Part shown: piece after piece, positions 8,410 to 17,236 of the stretch
Position numbering within the stretch: position 1 is the stretch's first letter
Layout of the letters: each line of letters opens with the position of its first letter
Assembly (NCBI RefSeq): GCF_000619845.1
Contig: NZ_JHUX01000003.1
Coordinates: 1,690,064-1,722,063 of the forward strand
Length of the DNA: 32,000 nt
Reading direction: 5' to 3'
Origin: Alkanindiges illinoisensis DSM 15370
Lineage (GTDB): Bacteria > Pseudomonadota > Gammaproteobacteria > Pseudomonadales > Moraxellaceae
Made by a program: the position numbers and the translations under genes
The notes under the pieces: model-generated
The model's database searches: none
Told to the model about the DNA's origin: nothing
Seen by the model: only the letters and a program-made list of their open reading frames with translations

Positions 8410-9240
8410 TTAACGCTCTGTTTTCCATGCGGTTAAGCGTCGTTCAATCAGCAATAAGCTGTAATTAAACATCAGCCCTACGACAGTAATAATGACAATG
8501 CCAAAGAACATTTCCGGAATCTGGAAATTAAATTGCGCATAATTAATGAGATAACCCAGCCCTGCTTTGGCACCAATCATTTCAGCGGCAATCAGGATCA
8601 ACACTGAAAATGCACCCGCCAGACGAATGCCTACAAAAATGGTGGGAACCGCAGCAGGCAGGATGACCTTACGGAACAGTTTTACCGGCCCAAGACCCAT
8701 GGTGCGTGCTGATTTAATCAGTAAGGGATCAACATTGCGTACCCCACTGACGGTATTCAGCAGGATCGGCCAGTTGCAGGCATAAATCACCAGTGCAATC
8801 TTGGAGGTTTCACCAATCCCCAAAAACAGAATGAAGACCGGCAATAAGGCCAGCGCGGCTGTATTTCTAAACAGCTCCAGCAAAGGACTAATCAGGTCAG
8901 AAAATGGTTTATACCAGCCAATCGCCAGCCCCAATGGAATGGCAATGATAATGGCAATTACAAAACCACTGAGTGAACGAATCAAGCTGGCTTGCAAATG
9001 TGCCAGTAATTGGCCGTTTAACGTCAGTTGCCAGCCGGTTTGCATGACCACGGAAAATGGCGGCAAAAATGCCGGGTCAACTGCGCCCACGCGTGGTAAC
9101 ACTTCCCATAAGGCCAGAAATACCACAATGGCAATGGAGCGCTTAAAGATAGTATAAAAAATACTGAAATCCACTTGCGGCGCTTTTAAGGTGGTTTTGG
9201 GTAAGATCAGCGTTTGTGTATGTTTGGTGCCAGACATCAT
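8410..9240 (-). CDS. ABC transporter permease, SsuC/TauC family (permease 3)
   Basis: 276 aa and multi-TM. It carries the binding-protein-dependent transport family EAA-like loop (IKSARTMGLGPVKLFRKVILPAAVP). SD GGGAGA lies just upstream of ATG 9240. Confidence 0.85.
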   Translation of the reverse strand: MMSGTKHTQTLILPKTTLKAPQVDFSIFYTIFKRSIAIVVFLALWEVLPRVGAVDPAFLPPFSVVMQTGWQLTLNGQLLAHLQASLIRSLSGFVIAIIIAIPLGLAIGWYKPFSDLISPLLELFRNTAALALLPVFILFLGIGETSKIALVIYACNWPILLNTVSGVRNVDPLLIKSARTMGLGPVKLFRKVILPAAVPTIFVGIRLAGAFSVLILIAAEMIGAKAGLGYLINYAQFNFQIPEMFFGIVIITVVGLMFNYSLLLIERRLTAWKTER

Positions 9241-9273
9241 TATTCTCCCGAATGCTTTAAATCATCTGCGTAA

Positions 9274-10122
9274 TCACGCAACCCGCTGTTTGGTTTTTTC
9301 CTGTTGCTGCGCCTTGAGCACTTCTTCACGCAGCAACGTCCAGACCTGATGTCTTAACTGGCCAAACTCGGCGCGCGAACGCACATCCTCATGCTTGCTA
9401 CGTAAAGACGCAGGCACGTCAATAACCTGTTTAATGCGACCCGGCCGTGAGGTCATGATGGCAATGCGCTGCCCCAGATAAATGGCTTCATCAATGCTAT
9501 GGGTAATAAAAATAATGGTCTTGCCGGTTTGCTGCCAGATTCTCAATAGCTCTGCCTGCAGGGTTTCGCGGGTTTGGGCATCCAGCGCGGCAAACGGTTC
9601 ATCCATCAGCAGCACTTCAGGGTCATAAGCCAGACTGCGGGCAATGGCAACGCGCTGTTTCATGCCACCGGACAGTTCTGCCGGATAATGATGTTCAAAA
9701 TCAGACAGGCCCACCAGTTGCAGGAAATGCCGGGCAGTTTTGCGGCGCTCGGTCTTGTCCACCCCTTTGGCTTCAAGGCCAAATTCAATATTTTCCAACG
9801 TGGTTAGCCACGGAAACAAGGCATATTGCTGAAACACAATGCCCCGGTCCAGCGCAGGCCCAGTGATGGGTTTATCGTCAATGGTCATTTGTCCGCTGGT
9901 GGGCGTGGTGAGGCCGGCCAGCAAATCCAGCAAGGTGGATTTACCACAACCACTAGGGCCAACAATGGCCAGAAATTCACCTGTTTTCACATCCAGTGAT
10001 ACGTTATCAACCGCCACAAAATCATCAGCCTGTTGTTTTTTACCTTTGATTTTTTTGGCAGGAAAGGTTTTATGCACATTGATGATCCGTAATTTATTGA
10101 CCGGGTTTATTTGAGTGCTCAT
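9274..10122 (-). CDS. ABC transporter ATP-binding protein, SsuB/TauB type
   Basis: Walker A GPSGCGKST, signature LSGGMKQR, Walker B LLMDEPFAALD, H-loop ITHS. Start set at ATG 10122 (MSTQINPV...), 1 nt after the stop of the upstream gene. The track's start at 10200 would overlap that gene by 77 nt. Confidence 0.9.
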   Translation of the reverse strand: MSTQINPVNKLRIINVHKTFPAKKIKGKKQQADDFVAVDNVSLDVKTGEFLAIVGPSGCGKSTLLDLLAGLTTPTSGQMTIDDKPITGPALDRGIVFQQYALFPWLTTLENIEFGLEAKGVDKTERRKTARHFLQLVGLSDFEHHYPAELSGGMKQRVAIARSLAYDPEVLLMDEPFAALDAQTRETLQAELLRIWQQTGKTIIFITHSIDEAIYLGQRIAIMTSRPGRIKQVIDVPASLRSKHEDVRSRAEFGQLRHQVWTLLREEVLKAQQQEKTKQRVA

Positions 10123-10123
10123 G

Positions 10124-11164
10124 TTATTTCTCACTGGCTGTAGGGCTTGCTTGAGTGGCATACGGATTAAACTGGTTGGTAAACAGACTATTGGCCTCAA
10201 TTTGATTGGGCTTTAGCAGGCCCTGTTTTACAAACAAATCAATCCAGCGCTGAAATTGGGCTGTAGTGAGCAGCCCACCTTTATCCACCACGCCAAAGCT
10301 GTGCCAGTACTGCACAAACTGGTCATTTTCCTGCCGCTTGCGTTTATGAATAATGGCTTTAAAACGGGCAATAACCTGTTCGCGTGGCGTGCTTTTGCTC
10401 CACTCCACGGCTTTGGCCACACCTGTGACAAACTGCTTCACGGTGTCGGGATGATCCTTGATAAACTGCTGGGTAAACACATAGCTACCCGCCGTAAAGC
10501 TGCCGTATAAATCGGTATCGGAAAACACCTTGCGAATGCCGCCACGTGCCAGTGCCTTATCCTGAAACACGGAAACCAGCGACGCAGCATCCACCTGTCC
10601 TGCCCGCAAAGATTGCTCGGTACTGGCAGGCGGGAGCACGGTCAGTTCAACCTTATTAATGTCTTCAGGCGATAAGCCCTGCTGGGCCAGATAGTCCTTC
10701 AAGACAAATTCATAATGAGCGCCCAGTGTATTGACCGCGACTTTTTTACCAATCAAATCACGGGCAGTATGAATGGGACTATCATCCTTGACGTAATAAC
10801 CCACCCAGCTTTTGTCGTCACTGCCGTAGGAACCCACCACGGATTTAATTTTGACATTGGCAGCAGCCAGCTTAATGATGGCGCCATTAAATGCAGTGGC
10901 CACATCGACATCACCCGTCGCCAGTGCCTGTAGATCCTGTGGGCCGCCCTGTACACTACCCACATAATTGAGCTTCAATGGCCCTAAATAGCCCAGATCC
11001 TCAGCCAGTTCAGGCAAGCTGACCGTGCCAGGCAGGCTTTGGTAGCGTAACTCGGTGACAGGTTGCCCTACACGTGCAGACTGATCTTCTGAATGCTTGC
11101 TGCAGGCAGTCAATAGGCTAGATAGAGCAAGGGCCAATACCGCAATTCGTTTATTTAATATCAT
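10124..11164 (-). CDS. Lipoprotein substrate-binding protein, aliphatic sulfonate (SsuA/NMT1-like) family
   Basis: Start at ATG 11164 (MILNKRIAVLALALSSLLTAC) gives a signal peptide with lipobox LTAC, and GGAGAA lies upstream. The body resembles NMT1/SsuA-type periplasmic binding proteins. No internal Met, and the only Cys is the lipobox Cys. Confidence 0.8.
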   Translation of the reverse strand: MILNKRIAVLALALSSLLTACSKHSEDQSARVGQPVTELRYQSLPGTVSLPELAEDLGYLGPLKLNYVGSVQGGPQDLQALATGDVDVATAFNGAIIKLAAANVKIKSVVGSYGSDDKSWVGYYVKDDSPIHTARDLIGKKVAVNTLGAHYEFVLKDYLAQQGLSPEDINKVELTVLPPASTEQSLRAGQVDAASLVSVFQDKALARGGIRKVFSDTDLYGSFTAGSYVFTQQFIKDHPDTVKQFVTGVAKAVEWSKSTPREQVIARFKAIIHKRKRQENDQFVQYWHSFGVVDKGGLLTTAQFQRWIDLFVKQGLLKPNQIEANSLFTNQFNPYATQASPTASEK

Positions 11165-11174
11165 TGATTTTCTC

Positions 11175-11951
11175 CTAACCCTGCTGACGCCAAACCAGCC
11201 AGCGACGTTCCAGATATACAGCCACACTGTTTAAGCCCACACCAATAATGCCAATGGTGAGCAGGCCAAATACAATCAGTCCCACATCCTGCGCAGCGCG
11301 GCCATTGATCACAATATTGCCAAGACCTACGCCATAGCTGGCCAGCAAAAATTCCGAGCCAATGGTGGCCAGCCACGCAAAGATCAATCCAAGCTGTAGA
11401 CCCACAAAAATCTGCGGTGCTGCGGCAGGTAGAATCAGTTTGCGCAGTAATTGCCAGGGGCTAAACTGATACACCCGTGCTACTTCATATTGCTGTAACG
11501 GAATGGCATTAACCCCTGCCAGCGTATGCAGCGCCACCGGGTAAAATACTGACAGTGTGATAAACAAGACCTTGGCACTATTGCCATAGTCCAGAAACGT
11601 GGAAATTAAGGGCAGCCAGGCAAACAGGGACACCTGACGCAATACATTAAAACTGGGCGCCAACAGATAGCTGGCCCAGCGCGATACGCCAATTAAAATG
11701 CCAAAAGCAATTCCCAGAAAACTGCCAACGGCAAAGCCACTTAAGTCACGCAGCAGGCTAGCTCCAACACCCTGCCAGAACGCTGCCGTAAATAACTGCT
11801 GCCAGCCCACATGCAAGACCGCACTTGGCGCAGGAATAAGTTTTGGGTTAAGCCAGTGCTGCCAGGACGCCAGCGCCCATAACAGAATAAACAGAACCGG
11901 AATAACCCAGCCACGCCAGTTAAAGGAAGGTGATGATTTAGTATGTGCCAT
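11175..11951 (-). CDS. ABC transporter permease, SsuC/TauC family (permease 2)
   Basis: Multi-TM with an EAA-like loop (YEVARVYQFSPWQLLRKLILPAAAP). Start set at ATG 11951 (MAHTKSS...), 10 nt after the stop of the upstream permease. The track's start at 12002 would overlap that gene. Confidence 0.85.
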   Translation of the reverse strand: MAHTKSSPSFNWRGWVIPVLFILLWALASWQHWLNPKLIPAPSAVLHVGWQQLFTAAFWQGVGASLLRDLSGFAVGSFLGIAFGILIGVSRWASYLLAPSFNVLRQVSLFAWLPLISTFLDYGNSAKVLFITLSVFYPVALHTLAGVNAIPLQQYEVARVYQFSPWQLLRKLILPAAAPQIFVGLQLGLIFAWLATIGSEFLLASYGVGLGNIVINGRAAQDVGLIVFGLLTIGIIGVGLNSVAVYLERRWLVWRQQG

Positions 11952-11961
11952 GATCTGCCCC

Positions 11962-12807
11962 TTAAAATGCCTTGCGTTGCCAGCGATTAAAGCGTTGCTC
12001 AATCAGGCGCAACATGTTGTCCAGCAAAAAGCCAATGATGCCAATCACGATAATTGCCATATAAACAATATCGGGCTGAATCAGTTGCCGCCCCCAGACG
12101 ATCAGGTAGCCAATGCCTTCACTACTGGCCAGCAACTCCACAAATACCAGTGCCAACCACGCTTGCATCACGCCCTGACGCAAGCCACCCACAATGCTGG
12201 GTAATGCCGCAGGAATAATCACTTTTTGCAGGGTTTGCCACTGGTTGAATTCGTAGACTCTGGCCACTTCCAGCAATTTTGCAGAAACATTCAGCACACT
12301 TTTATAGGTGGCGACCATTACGGGTACGACCACAGCCAGTGAAATCGCCACAATTTTCAAGCTTTCACCAATACCCAGGAAAATCAGCAACAAGGGAATC
12401 CAGCCAATCACCGGGAACTGGGCAATCAGGTTAAAGGTTGGATAAAGATACAAGTAAGCTCGACGCGATAAGCCAATCGCAAAGCCCAGAATCAAGCCGA
12501 CTGAGCCGCCAGCCAAGACACTCCAGCCAATCCGTTTTAAACTGATCAGCAGGTTATCTGGTAACTCGCCAGACTGGCTGAGTTCAATAAAGGTTTGCCA
12601 GACCAGTTTTGGGCTAGGCAAAATCTGTTCAGGTAGCCACTGCTGGTGATAGACCGTAGTCCACAAGGCCAATACCAACAGCGGAACCAGCAAACCCAGC
12701 AACATAAGATTCAGGCGTATGCCTAAACGCTTGGCGTGGTAAACCAGACGGGATGACCATTGCCAGTCCTGTCCTGCTGTTTTTTCTTCATACTCAAGAA
12801 CGCTCAT
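11962..12807 (-). CDS. ABC transporter permease, SsuC/TauC family (permease 1)
   Basis: Multi-TM with an EAA-like loop (LEVARVYEFNQWQTLQKVIIPAALP). I prefer ATG 12807 (MSVLEYEE...), which has GAGTGA upstream. The alternative is GTG 12819, which overlaps the MFS stop. Confidence 0.85.
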   Translation of the reverse strand: MSVLEYEEKTAGQDWQWSSRLVYHAKRLGIRLNLMLLGLLVPLLVLALWTTVYHQQWLPEQILPSPKLVWQTFIELSQSGELPDNLLISLKRIGWSVLAGGSVGLILGFAIGLSRRAYLYLYPTFNLIAQFPVIGWIPLLLIFLGIGESLKIVAISLAVVVPVMVATYKSVLNVSAKLLEVARVYEFNQWQTLQKVIIPAALPSIVGGLRQGVMQAWLALVFVELLASSEGIGYLIVWGRQLIQPDIVYMAIIVIGIIGFLLDNMLRLIEQRFNRWQRKAF

Positions 12808-12815
12808 GGTAAAGA

Positions 12816-14066
12816 TCACTCATACGAATTGGTTAAAATATCGATTCTGGGTTCTTTGGCCGGAACCACAGCGCGGACAAACGGATGTTTGAACTGCACT
12901 AGCACCACCAAAGCCACAAATACTGCACATAAAGGGAAAAAGATTGCCTGCAAACCCCACAGGTGCGCCAGCCAGCCACCAATCAAACTACCGAGCATGC
13001 TGCCGGACGGCCCACAGGTCAGCGATACGGCGGATACATTGGCCATGCCCAGATGCTGGCCGATGCGGGCAAATACCGACAGGTTAATGACATTGAGTGT
13101 GCCTAAACCAACACCCAGTAGTGGCGAACCCAGCCATAACCAGAAGGCAGACAGTGGTAAAGCCAGACAAAGCAAGGCTATTGCCACCAGCCCAAAACCC
13201 AGCTGGTAAGCGCGTTTTTCACCCAGTGCCTGCACCACCACGCCCATCCCAAACAGCGCTGCCATGTATACCCCGCCATATAGCGTCACCAGACTGGCAG
13301 CAACTGCCGGGCTAAAGCCATAATTGCGGATGGCAATCACCACAATAAAAAAGGTGAAATAGCCCATCACGGCACTGTCCAGCAGTTCAAACAAGCTGGT
13401 AAAACGCAAGGTAATGTCGCGCTTGAACAGCGAGAGTTGCTGGCCAATGAGCTGAAAACTCAGCTTGGGTGCCTGTTTACCTGCAACTTCATAACCTGAA
13501 AAAATCAGTGGCGACAAGAACACCGGCACCGTAAATAGCAGTGCAATCACTGCAAACACGCCACTAGGTACTAAATGGTTACTCAGCCATACCGCAAGCA
13601 GTGGCCCAAGCAGCATAAAACCAATCATGTGCGTGCCACGAAACCAGCCTGCCTTGACTGTGCCCAGCCGGTTTAGCTGACTCATGAATACGGTGTTGAG
13701 TGAAATAAACCGCAGCGGCATGCAAAAGCTCACCAGCACAATACAGCCCAGCAGAAACCACACCTGCCCCACCGCTGGAATCAGGCCATACCATAGCCCG
13801 GCCAGCAGGCTACCCAGGGCAAACAGCAGCAACGGGCCAAAACGGTTAATCAGGATTCCGGTAGGAATTCCCATGAGTAAAATGCCAATGCTTTGCGCAG
13901 CAGCAATCAGGCCCAGTTGTACTTCGGAAGCATGCAAATGCACCGCATACAACGACACTGCAATCTGGGCGGTGCCGACGCCAAGCCCAGCGGTTGAAGC
14001 CACCAGCATAAAGGCCAGCAAGAACCGGTTTTTCTCCACTTTATTTAATAACCAGTGCTTTGCCAT
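12816..14066 (-). CDS. Major facilitator superfamily transporter
   Basis: 416 aa and very hydrophobic, with about 12 predicted helices in a 6+6 arrangement around a central loop (KQAPKLSFQLIGQQLSLFKRD). It is embedded between a binding-protein gene and ABC permease genes. Confidence 0.8.
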   Translation of the reverse strand: MAKHWLLNKVEKNRFLLAFMLVASTAGLGVGTAQIAVSLYAVHLHASEVQLGLIAAAQSIGILLMGIPTGILINRFGPLLLFALGSLLAGLWYGLIPAVGQVWFLLGCIVLVSFCMPLRFISLNTVFMSQLNRLGTVKAGWFRGTHMIGFMLLGPLLAVWLSNHLVPSGVFAVIALLFTVPVFLSPLIFSGYEVAGKQAPKLSFQLIGQQLSLFKRDITLRFTSLFELLDSAVMGYFTFFIVVIAIRNYGFSPAVAASLVTLYGGVYMAALFGMGVVVQALGEKRAYQLGFGLVAIALLCLALPLSAFWLWLGSPLLGVGLGTLNVINLSVFARIGQHLGMANVSAVSLTCGPSGSMLGSLIGGWLAHLWGLQAIFFPLCAVFVALVVLVQFKHPFVRAVVPAKEPRIDILTNSYE

Positions 14067-14130
14067 ACATTGTTATCCACAATAACCATCAACATACCCA
14101 TCAACTTTTACCCAGCCAGAACCCTAAAGC

Positions 14131-14157
14131 GCATCTGGTGTACCAGCCACCAGATGC
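14131..14157 (-). other. Perfect 10-bp stem-loop within the operon, between the binding-protein gene and the MFS gene
   Basis: GCATCTGGTG-taccagc-CACCAGATGC. No T-run follows on either strand, so it is not a canonical terminator. A role as a partial terminator or mRNA-stability element is possible. Confidence 0.45.
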
Positions 14158-14172
14158 TCACAACTCATTGAT

Positions 14173-15261
14173 TTACTTGCCTGTACCTGTGCCTGCCACC
14201 TTGTTGCCATTCACATCAAAACGCGGCCAGAAATTTTCCAGATGCAGCTCTTTTAAGGCAGTATTGAGGTATTTCGGTTCAATCCAGTTGTCGACAGTGA
14301 CAGGACGACGGATCAATTTAAAATCAATGGATTGCTGTACAGATTTTTTAAGTGAATTAATCGCATAATCATCCCAGTAAGGACTATTGCGGTCTTTAAG
14401 GTCAGCATCAGCCCAGTCTTTTTTATAGTCCAGATAAGGCGTACCACTTTGTGCCCACAGTTTGTACTGCGCATCACGGTTAGCTTCGCGTGAACTCCAC
14501 TCATCCTGCTTGATCAGGGTGGTTACCACACGCTGCACGACACCTGGATATTTTTTCTCAAAATCCTCGGTTACCCAGAAACTCAAAGGCCCGTTTAAAT
14601 TTGGGTCTTTGCGTATTTCAATAATGCGCTTGGCCACGCCGCGTGATTCCAGTGTCCATGGGCTGGTAATGGTGCCGTCAATATCCCCGGTGGCCAGTGA
14701 AGTCTGGGCAGAATAGGTATCCTGGCTAATGATGCGAAAATCTTTTTCCGTAAAGCCGTACTTGCGCAGCAAGCGTCCCAGAATTAACTGGGCATTGGTT
14801 CCCTTGAATACAGAAATGGTTTTGCCTTTTAAATCCGTCAGACTTTTTGCGGATGAATCTGCGGGAACCGTAAAATAAACCGGGCCAAAACGTCCTGCCA
14901 CAAACAGCAATTTGGTTTTCAGTCCAGTGGAGCGCCCTACAATGGCAGGCAAGTCACCATGCCCTGCACCAAAATCCACTTTGCCATTGGCTAATGCTTC
15001 ATTTAAGGCAGGCCCTGCACCGGGAAAGAAGATCCACTTGACCTTAATGCCATCTTTTTTAAATTCTTCCTCAAGCACACCACGCAAGTGCGCACTGGCC
15101 ACAAAGGAATAACCCACTTTTGGCTTGCCACCCACACCAGCACCCGGCACACCCAGCCGGATTTCAACCGGCTTACCCACATCAGCCAGCGCAGGCAAGC
15201 CTGCACTTAAAAATAATCCAGCGGTTGCAGCAATTAAAAAACGTCGTGTTATTTGTTTCAT
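14173..15261 (-). CDS. Periplasmic substrate-binding protein, SsuA/AtsR/NMT1-like, with an RR-containing signal peptide
   Basis: The leader MKQITRRFLIAATAGLFLSAGLPALA/DV is twin-arginine-like, with an AxA cleavage site. The body is of the sulfonate/sulfate-ester binding protein type. SD GAGAG lies 8 nt upstream. No internal Met or Cys in 362 aa. Confidence 0.8.
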   Translation of the reverse strand: MKQITRRFLIAATAGLFLSAGLPALADVGKPVEIRLGVPGAGVGGKPKVGYSFVASAHLRGVLEEEFKKDGIKVKWIFFPGAGPALNEALANGKVDFGAGHGDLPAIVGRSTGLKTKLLFVAGRFGPVYFTVPADSSAKSLTDLKGKTISVFKGTNAQLILGRLLRKYGFTEKDFRIISQDTYSAQTSLATGDIDGTITSPWTLESRGVAKRIIEIRKDPNLNGPLSFWVTEDFEKKYPGVVQRVVTTLIKQDEWSSREANRDAQYKLWAQSGTPYLDYKKDWADADLKDRNSPYWDDYAINSLKKSVQQSIDFKLIRRPVTVDNWIEPKYLNTALKELHLENFWPRFDVNGNKVAGTGTGK

Positions 15262-15282
15262 GTTTAAACTCTCACAGTGAAA

Positions 15283-16770
15283 TTAAAAGGTGTACTGGAA
15301 CTGGGCCTGTGCTTCGTTAAAGTCTTTTTGCACCGGGGTTTCATGGGCATAATCCCAGTGATTTAAGCCCACCTGAAACTTGGTGGTTTCGGCAAAGAAG
15401 AAATTCAGTCCGAGTGTCTGAATGGTGACTTTGCCTTGCCCTTGCCCGGCAATGCCGGTCACATCAGCACTTTTATTCGGGTTATAAGTGTCAAAGCGAT
15501 AAAAGGTTTGAATGGAATTTGGCCATGAATCATCAAACTTGGCGGCGGATTTGATACTGTTATAAAACTGGTCACCCAGGGTATAAAACAGGGTGGCGGT
15601 ATGCCCTTCCGCTTTGACTTCACTGGCATTGCCGCTGGCAGTGGCATAATCCGAACGGCCCTGCACATATTCGTAAGTCACACCAAATGGCGCATGGTTG
15701 TAATACACATCAAAGCCCAGCCGGTCATTGCGGCCATTACCATCCAGAACTGTGGTTCCGTTGACCACATTCTTGCTACCCTTGATATAGGACGTACCAA
15801 ATTTCAGCTCACGGAAAATGCTGGCGTAGTCCACAGGCAGGGTGAATGCAAGGCGGCCAATGTAATCCTTGTGGTTATTGTCATCCAGCTTGTTGGTGCC
15901 ATTGCCATTGATCACCCCCAGCGCATACTCAAGTAACGGTGCGCGATAGTTGGAGCCATAATCCACAAAGGGCTTAACATCACCGCGTAAAATCAGCCCG
16001 CTCTGGCGATTAAACAATCCCAGTTGAGCCAGACCTGTAGCCACATTAATGGTGGGCCGTAAATCTTCGGGCGATTGAGGGTCCAACCCAAACGGAATAA
16101 GCTGCTGGCCAAAGGTGACATTGAGTTTGGGAATCTCCAGCCCGCCATTGGTTGAGGTGAAGTGGTAGCGCACAAATGCATCAGCCAGATTCAGATCACT
16201 GGCACTGCCCGTTGCAGTCGTACGCTTGCCATAGCTAAATGACAATTGATACTCCAGATTCTTGCCTTCCTTATAATCACGGTATAAGTTGCCACGTACC
16301 CCAATCAGGGCAGTTGGAATATCAAAGGTATTACGGCGGGCGCTATTGGGTGCCGGATTGCCTGCTGTCGTGGATTCATCCTGTCCCTGTGCACGCACCT
16401 GAACCGTGCCATACAGCGTGGTATCCCGGGTTGATTTCACCGTTTTGCGCTCATACTGGCGACCATCATCGTATTTATAATTTTCCAGATCAGTCCTGAA
16501 TCCAGCCAGATCACTTTGGGTTGCAGTCTGAATTGAAGTATCTTCCTCGCCATTTTCGTCAGTGGCTGAAGTCACCGATGTGTCAGAAGCAGTTGTATTG
16601 TCGGTTGCTTTTTGCTGCTTGAGCGCATCAACCTGTTGCTGCAATGCCACCAGTTGAGCCTGCAATTGCGCCAGATTTTCTTCCAGACTGGTATCGGCCC
16701 AGACGGTGGTACTTGGCACAACTCCCGCCAGTACAATGGCAATGGAACCTGCCAAAATAGTGTGCTTCAC
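15283..16770 (-). CDS. Outer-membrane porin, OprO/OprP (Porin_O_P)-like, with an N-terminal coiled coil
   Basis: GTG start with AGGGG 7 nt upstream. Signal peptide ...STTVWA/D, then a heptad-like segment LEENLAQLQAQLVALQQQVDALKQQ and an acidic/Thr-rich linker. Alternating beta-strand patterns follow, ending in QFQYTF with a C-terminal Phe, which is the outer-membrane beta-barrel signature. No internal Met or Cys in 495 aa. Confidence 0.7.
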   Translation of the reverse strand: MKHTILAGSIAIVLAGVVPSTTVWADTSLEENLAQLQAQLVALQQQVDALKQQKATDNTTASDTSVTSATDENGEEDTSIQTATQSDLAGFRTDLENYKYDDGRQYERKTVKSTRDTTLYGTVQVRAQGQDESTTAGNPAPNSARRNTFDIPTALIGVRGNLYRDYKEGKNLEYQLSFSYGKRTTATGSASDLNLADAFVRYHFTSTNGGLEIPKLNVTFGQQLIPFGLDPQSPEDLRPTINVATGLAQLGLFNRQSGLILRGDVKPFVDYGSNYRAPLLEYALGVINGNGTNKLDDNNHKDYIGRLAFTLPVDYASIFRELKFGTSYIKGSKNVVNGTTVLDGNGRNDRLGFDVYYNHAPFGVTYEYVQGRSDYATASGNASEVKAEGHTATLFYTLGDQFYNSIKSAAKFDDSWPNSIQTFYRFDTYNPNKSADVTGIAGQGQGKVTIQTLGLNFFFAETTKFQVGLNHWDYAHETPVQKDFNEAQAQFQYTF

Positions 16771-16841
16771 GTTAAAACCCCTAAATTAAATAACGATCTC
16801 TGGTTTGATTTAAAACCAAACTGTTTTGTCCCTTTTCTTAT

Positions 16842-16858
16842 TTCAACAAGTGTGCCAA
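16842..16858 (-). promoter_or_regulatory. Candidate sigma-54 promoter of the porin/transport operon
   Basis: Minus strand reads TTGGCACACTTGTTGAA, i.e. TGGCAC-N5-TTGA. The -24 element is perfect and the -12 element has one mismatch (TTGA for TTGC). It lies about 75 nt upstream of GTG 16770. Confidence 0.6.
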
Positions 16859-17050
16859 TAAATAAGTTTTTGTTTTTATTGAATTATTTTAAAATTTATT
16901 GATGAGGTGCGTGTTTTACAACGCCCAATGTGCTGAGAAATCAGCATGGTGCTTATTCACATTCATCTTTAAAATGGCAATCAAAATGCGTTTTTTAGAT
17001 AAAGGGGATAAAAAGTTAAATTCTTTTATTAAAATCAAACCTAAAAAAAT

Positions 17051-17080
17051 AAAAATGGCCGGGTGGTCCAAGCCATTTTT
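17051..17080 (-). terminator. Probable Rho-independent terminator after the Crp-family gene
   Basis: AAAAATGGC-cgggtggtccaa-GCCATTTTT. On the minus strand the hairpin is followed by TTTTTATTTTTTT. The loop is rather large. Confidence 0.55.
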
Positions 17081-17236
17081 TTTACTTTCGATGAGATGAA
17101 ATTTTTGAAACCAGGAAATATTAAATTTCTTTTGATCAGTTGAAAACGCTACATTAAGTTGATTAGATATTTCTCGATTTATTATCAATAGATTTGATGA
17201 ATAAAATATCTTAACTTAATCTATTCTTCCCTTACA

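Noticed and set aside
11698-14085. Plus-strand ORFs of 133-168 aa (11698-12204, 12760-13209, 13684-14085) antisense to the permease and MFS genes.
   Set aside because: These are antisense shadows of strongly supported membrane-protein genes. Their translations are Pro/Ala/Cys/Thr-rich with no recognisable motifs.
16899-17188. Two overlapping ORFs (66 aa on +, 90 aa on -) in the AT-rich gap between the porin and Crp genes.
   Set aside because: They run through the terminator hairpin at 17051-17080. They are Lys/Ile/Phe-rich, as expected from random AT-rich DNA, lack an SD, and occupy the expected enhancer/promoter region of the porin operon.
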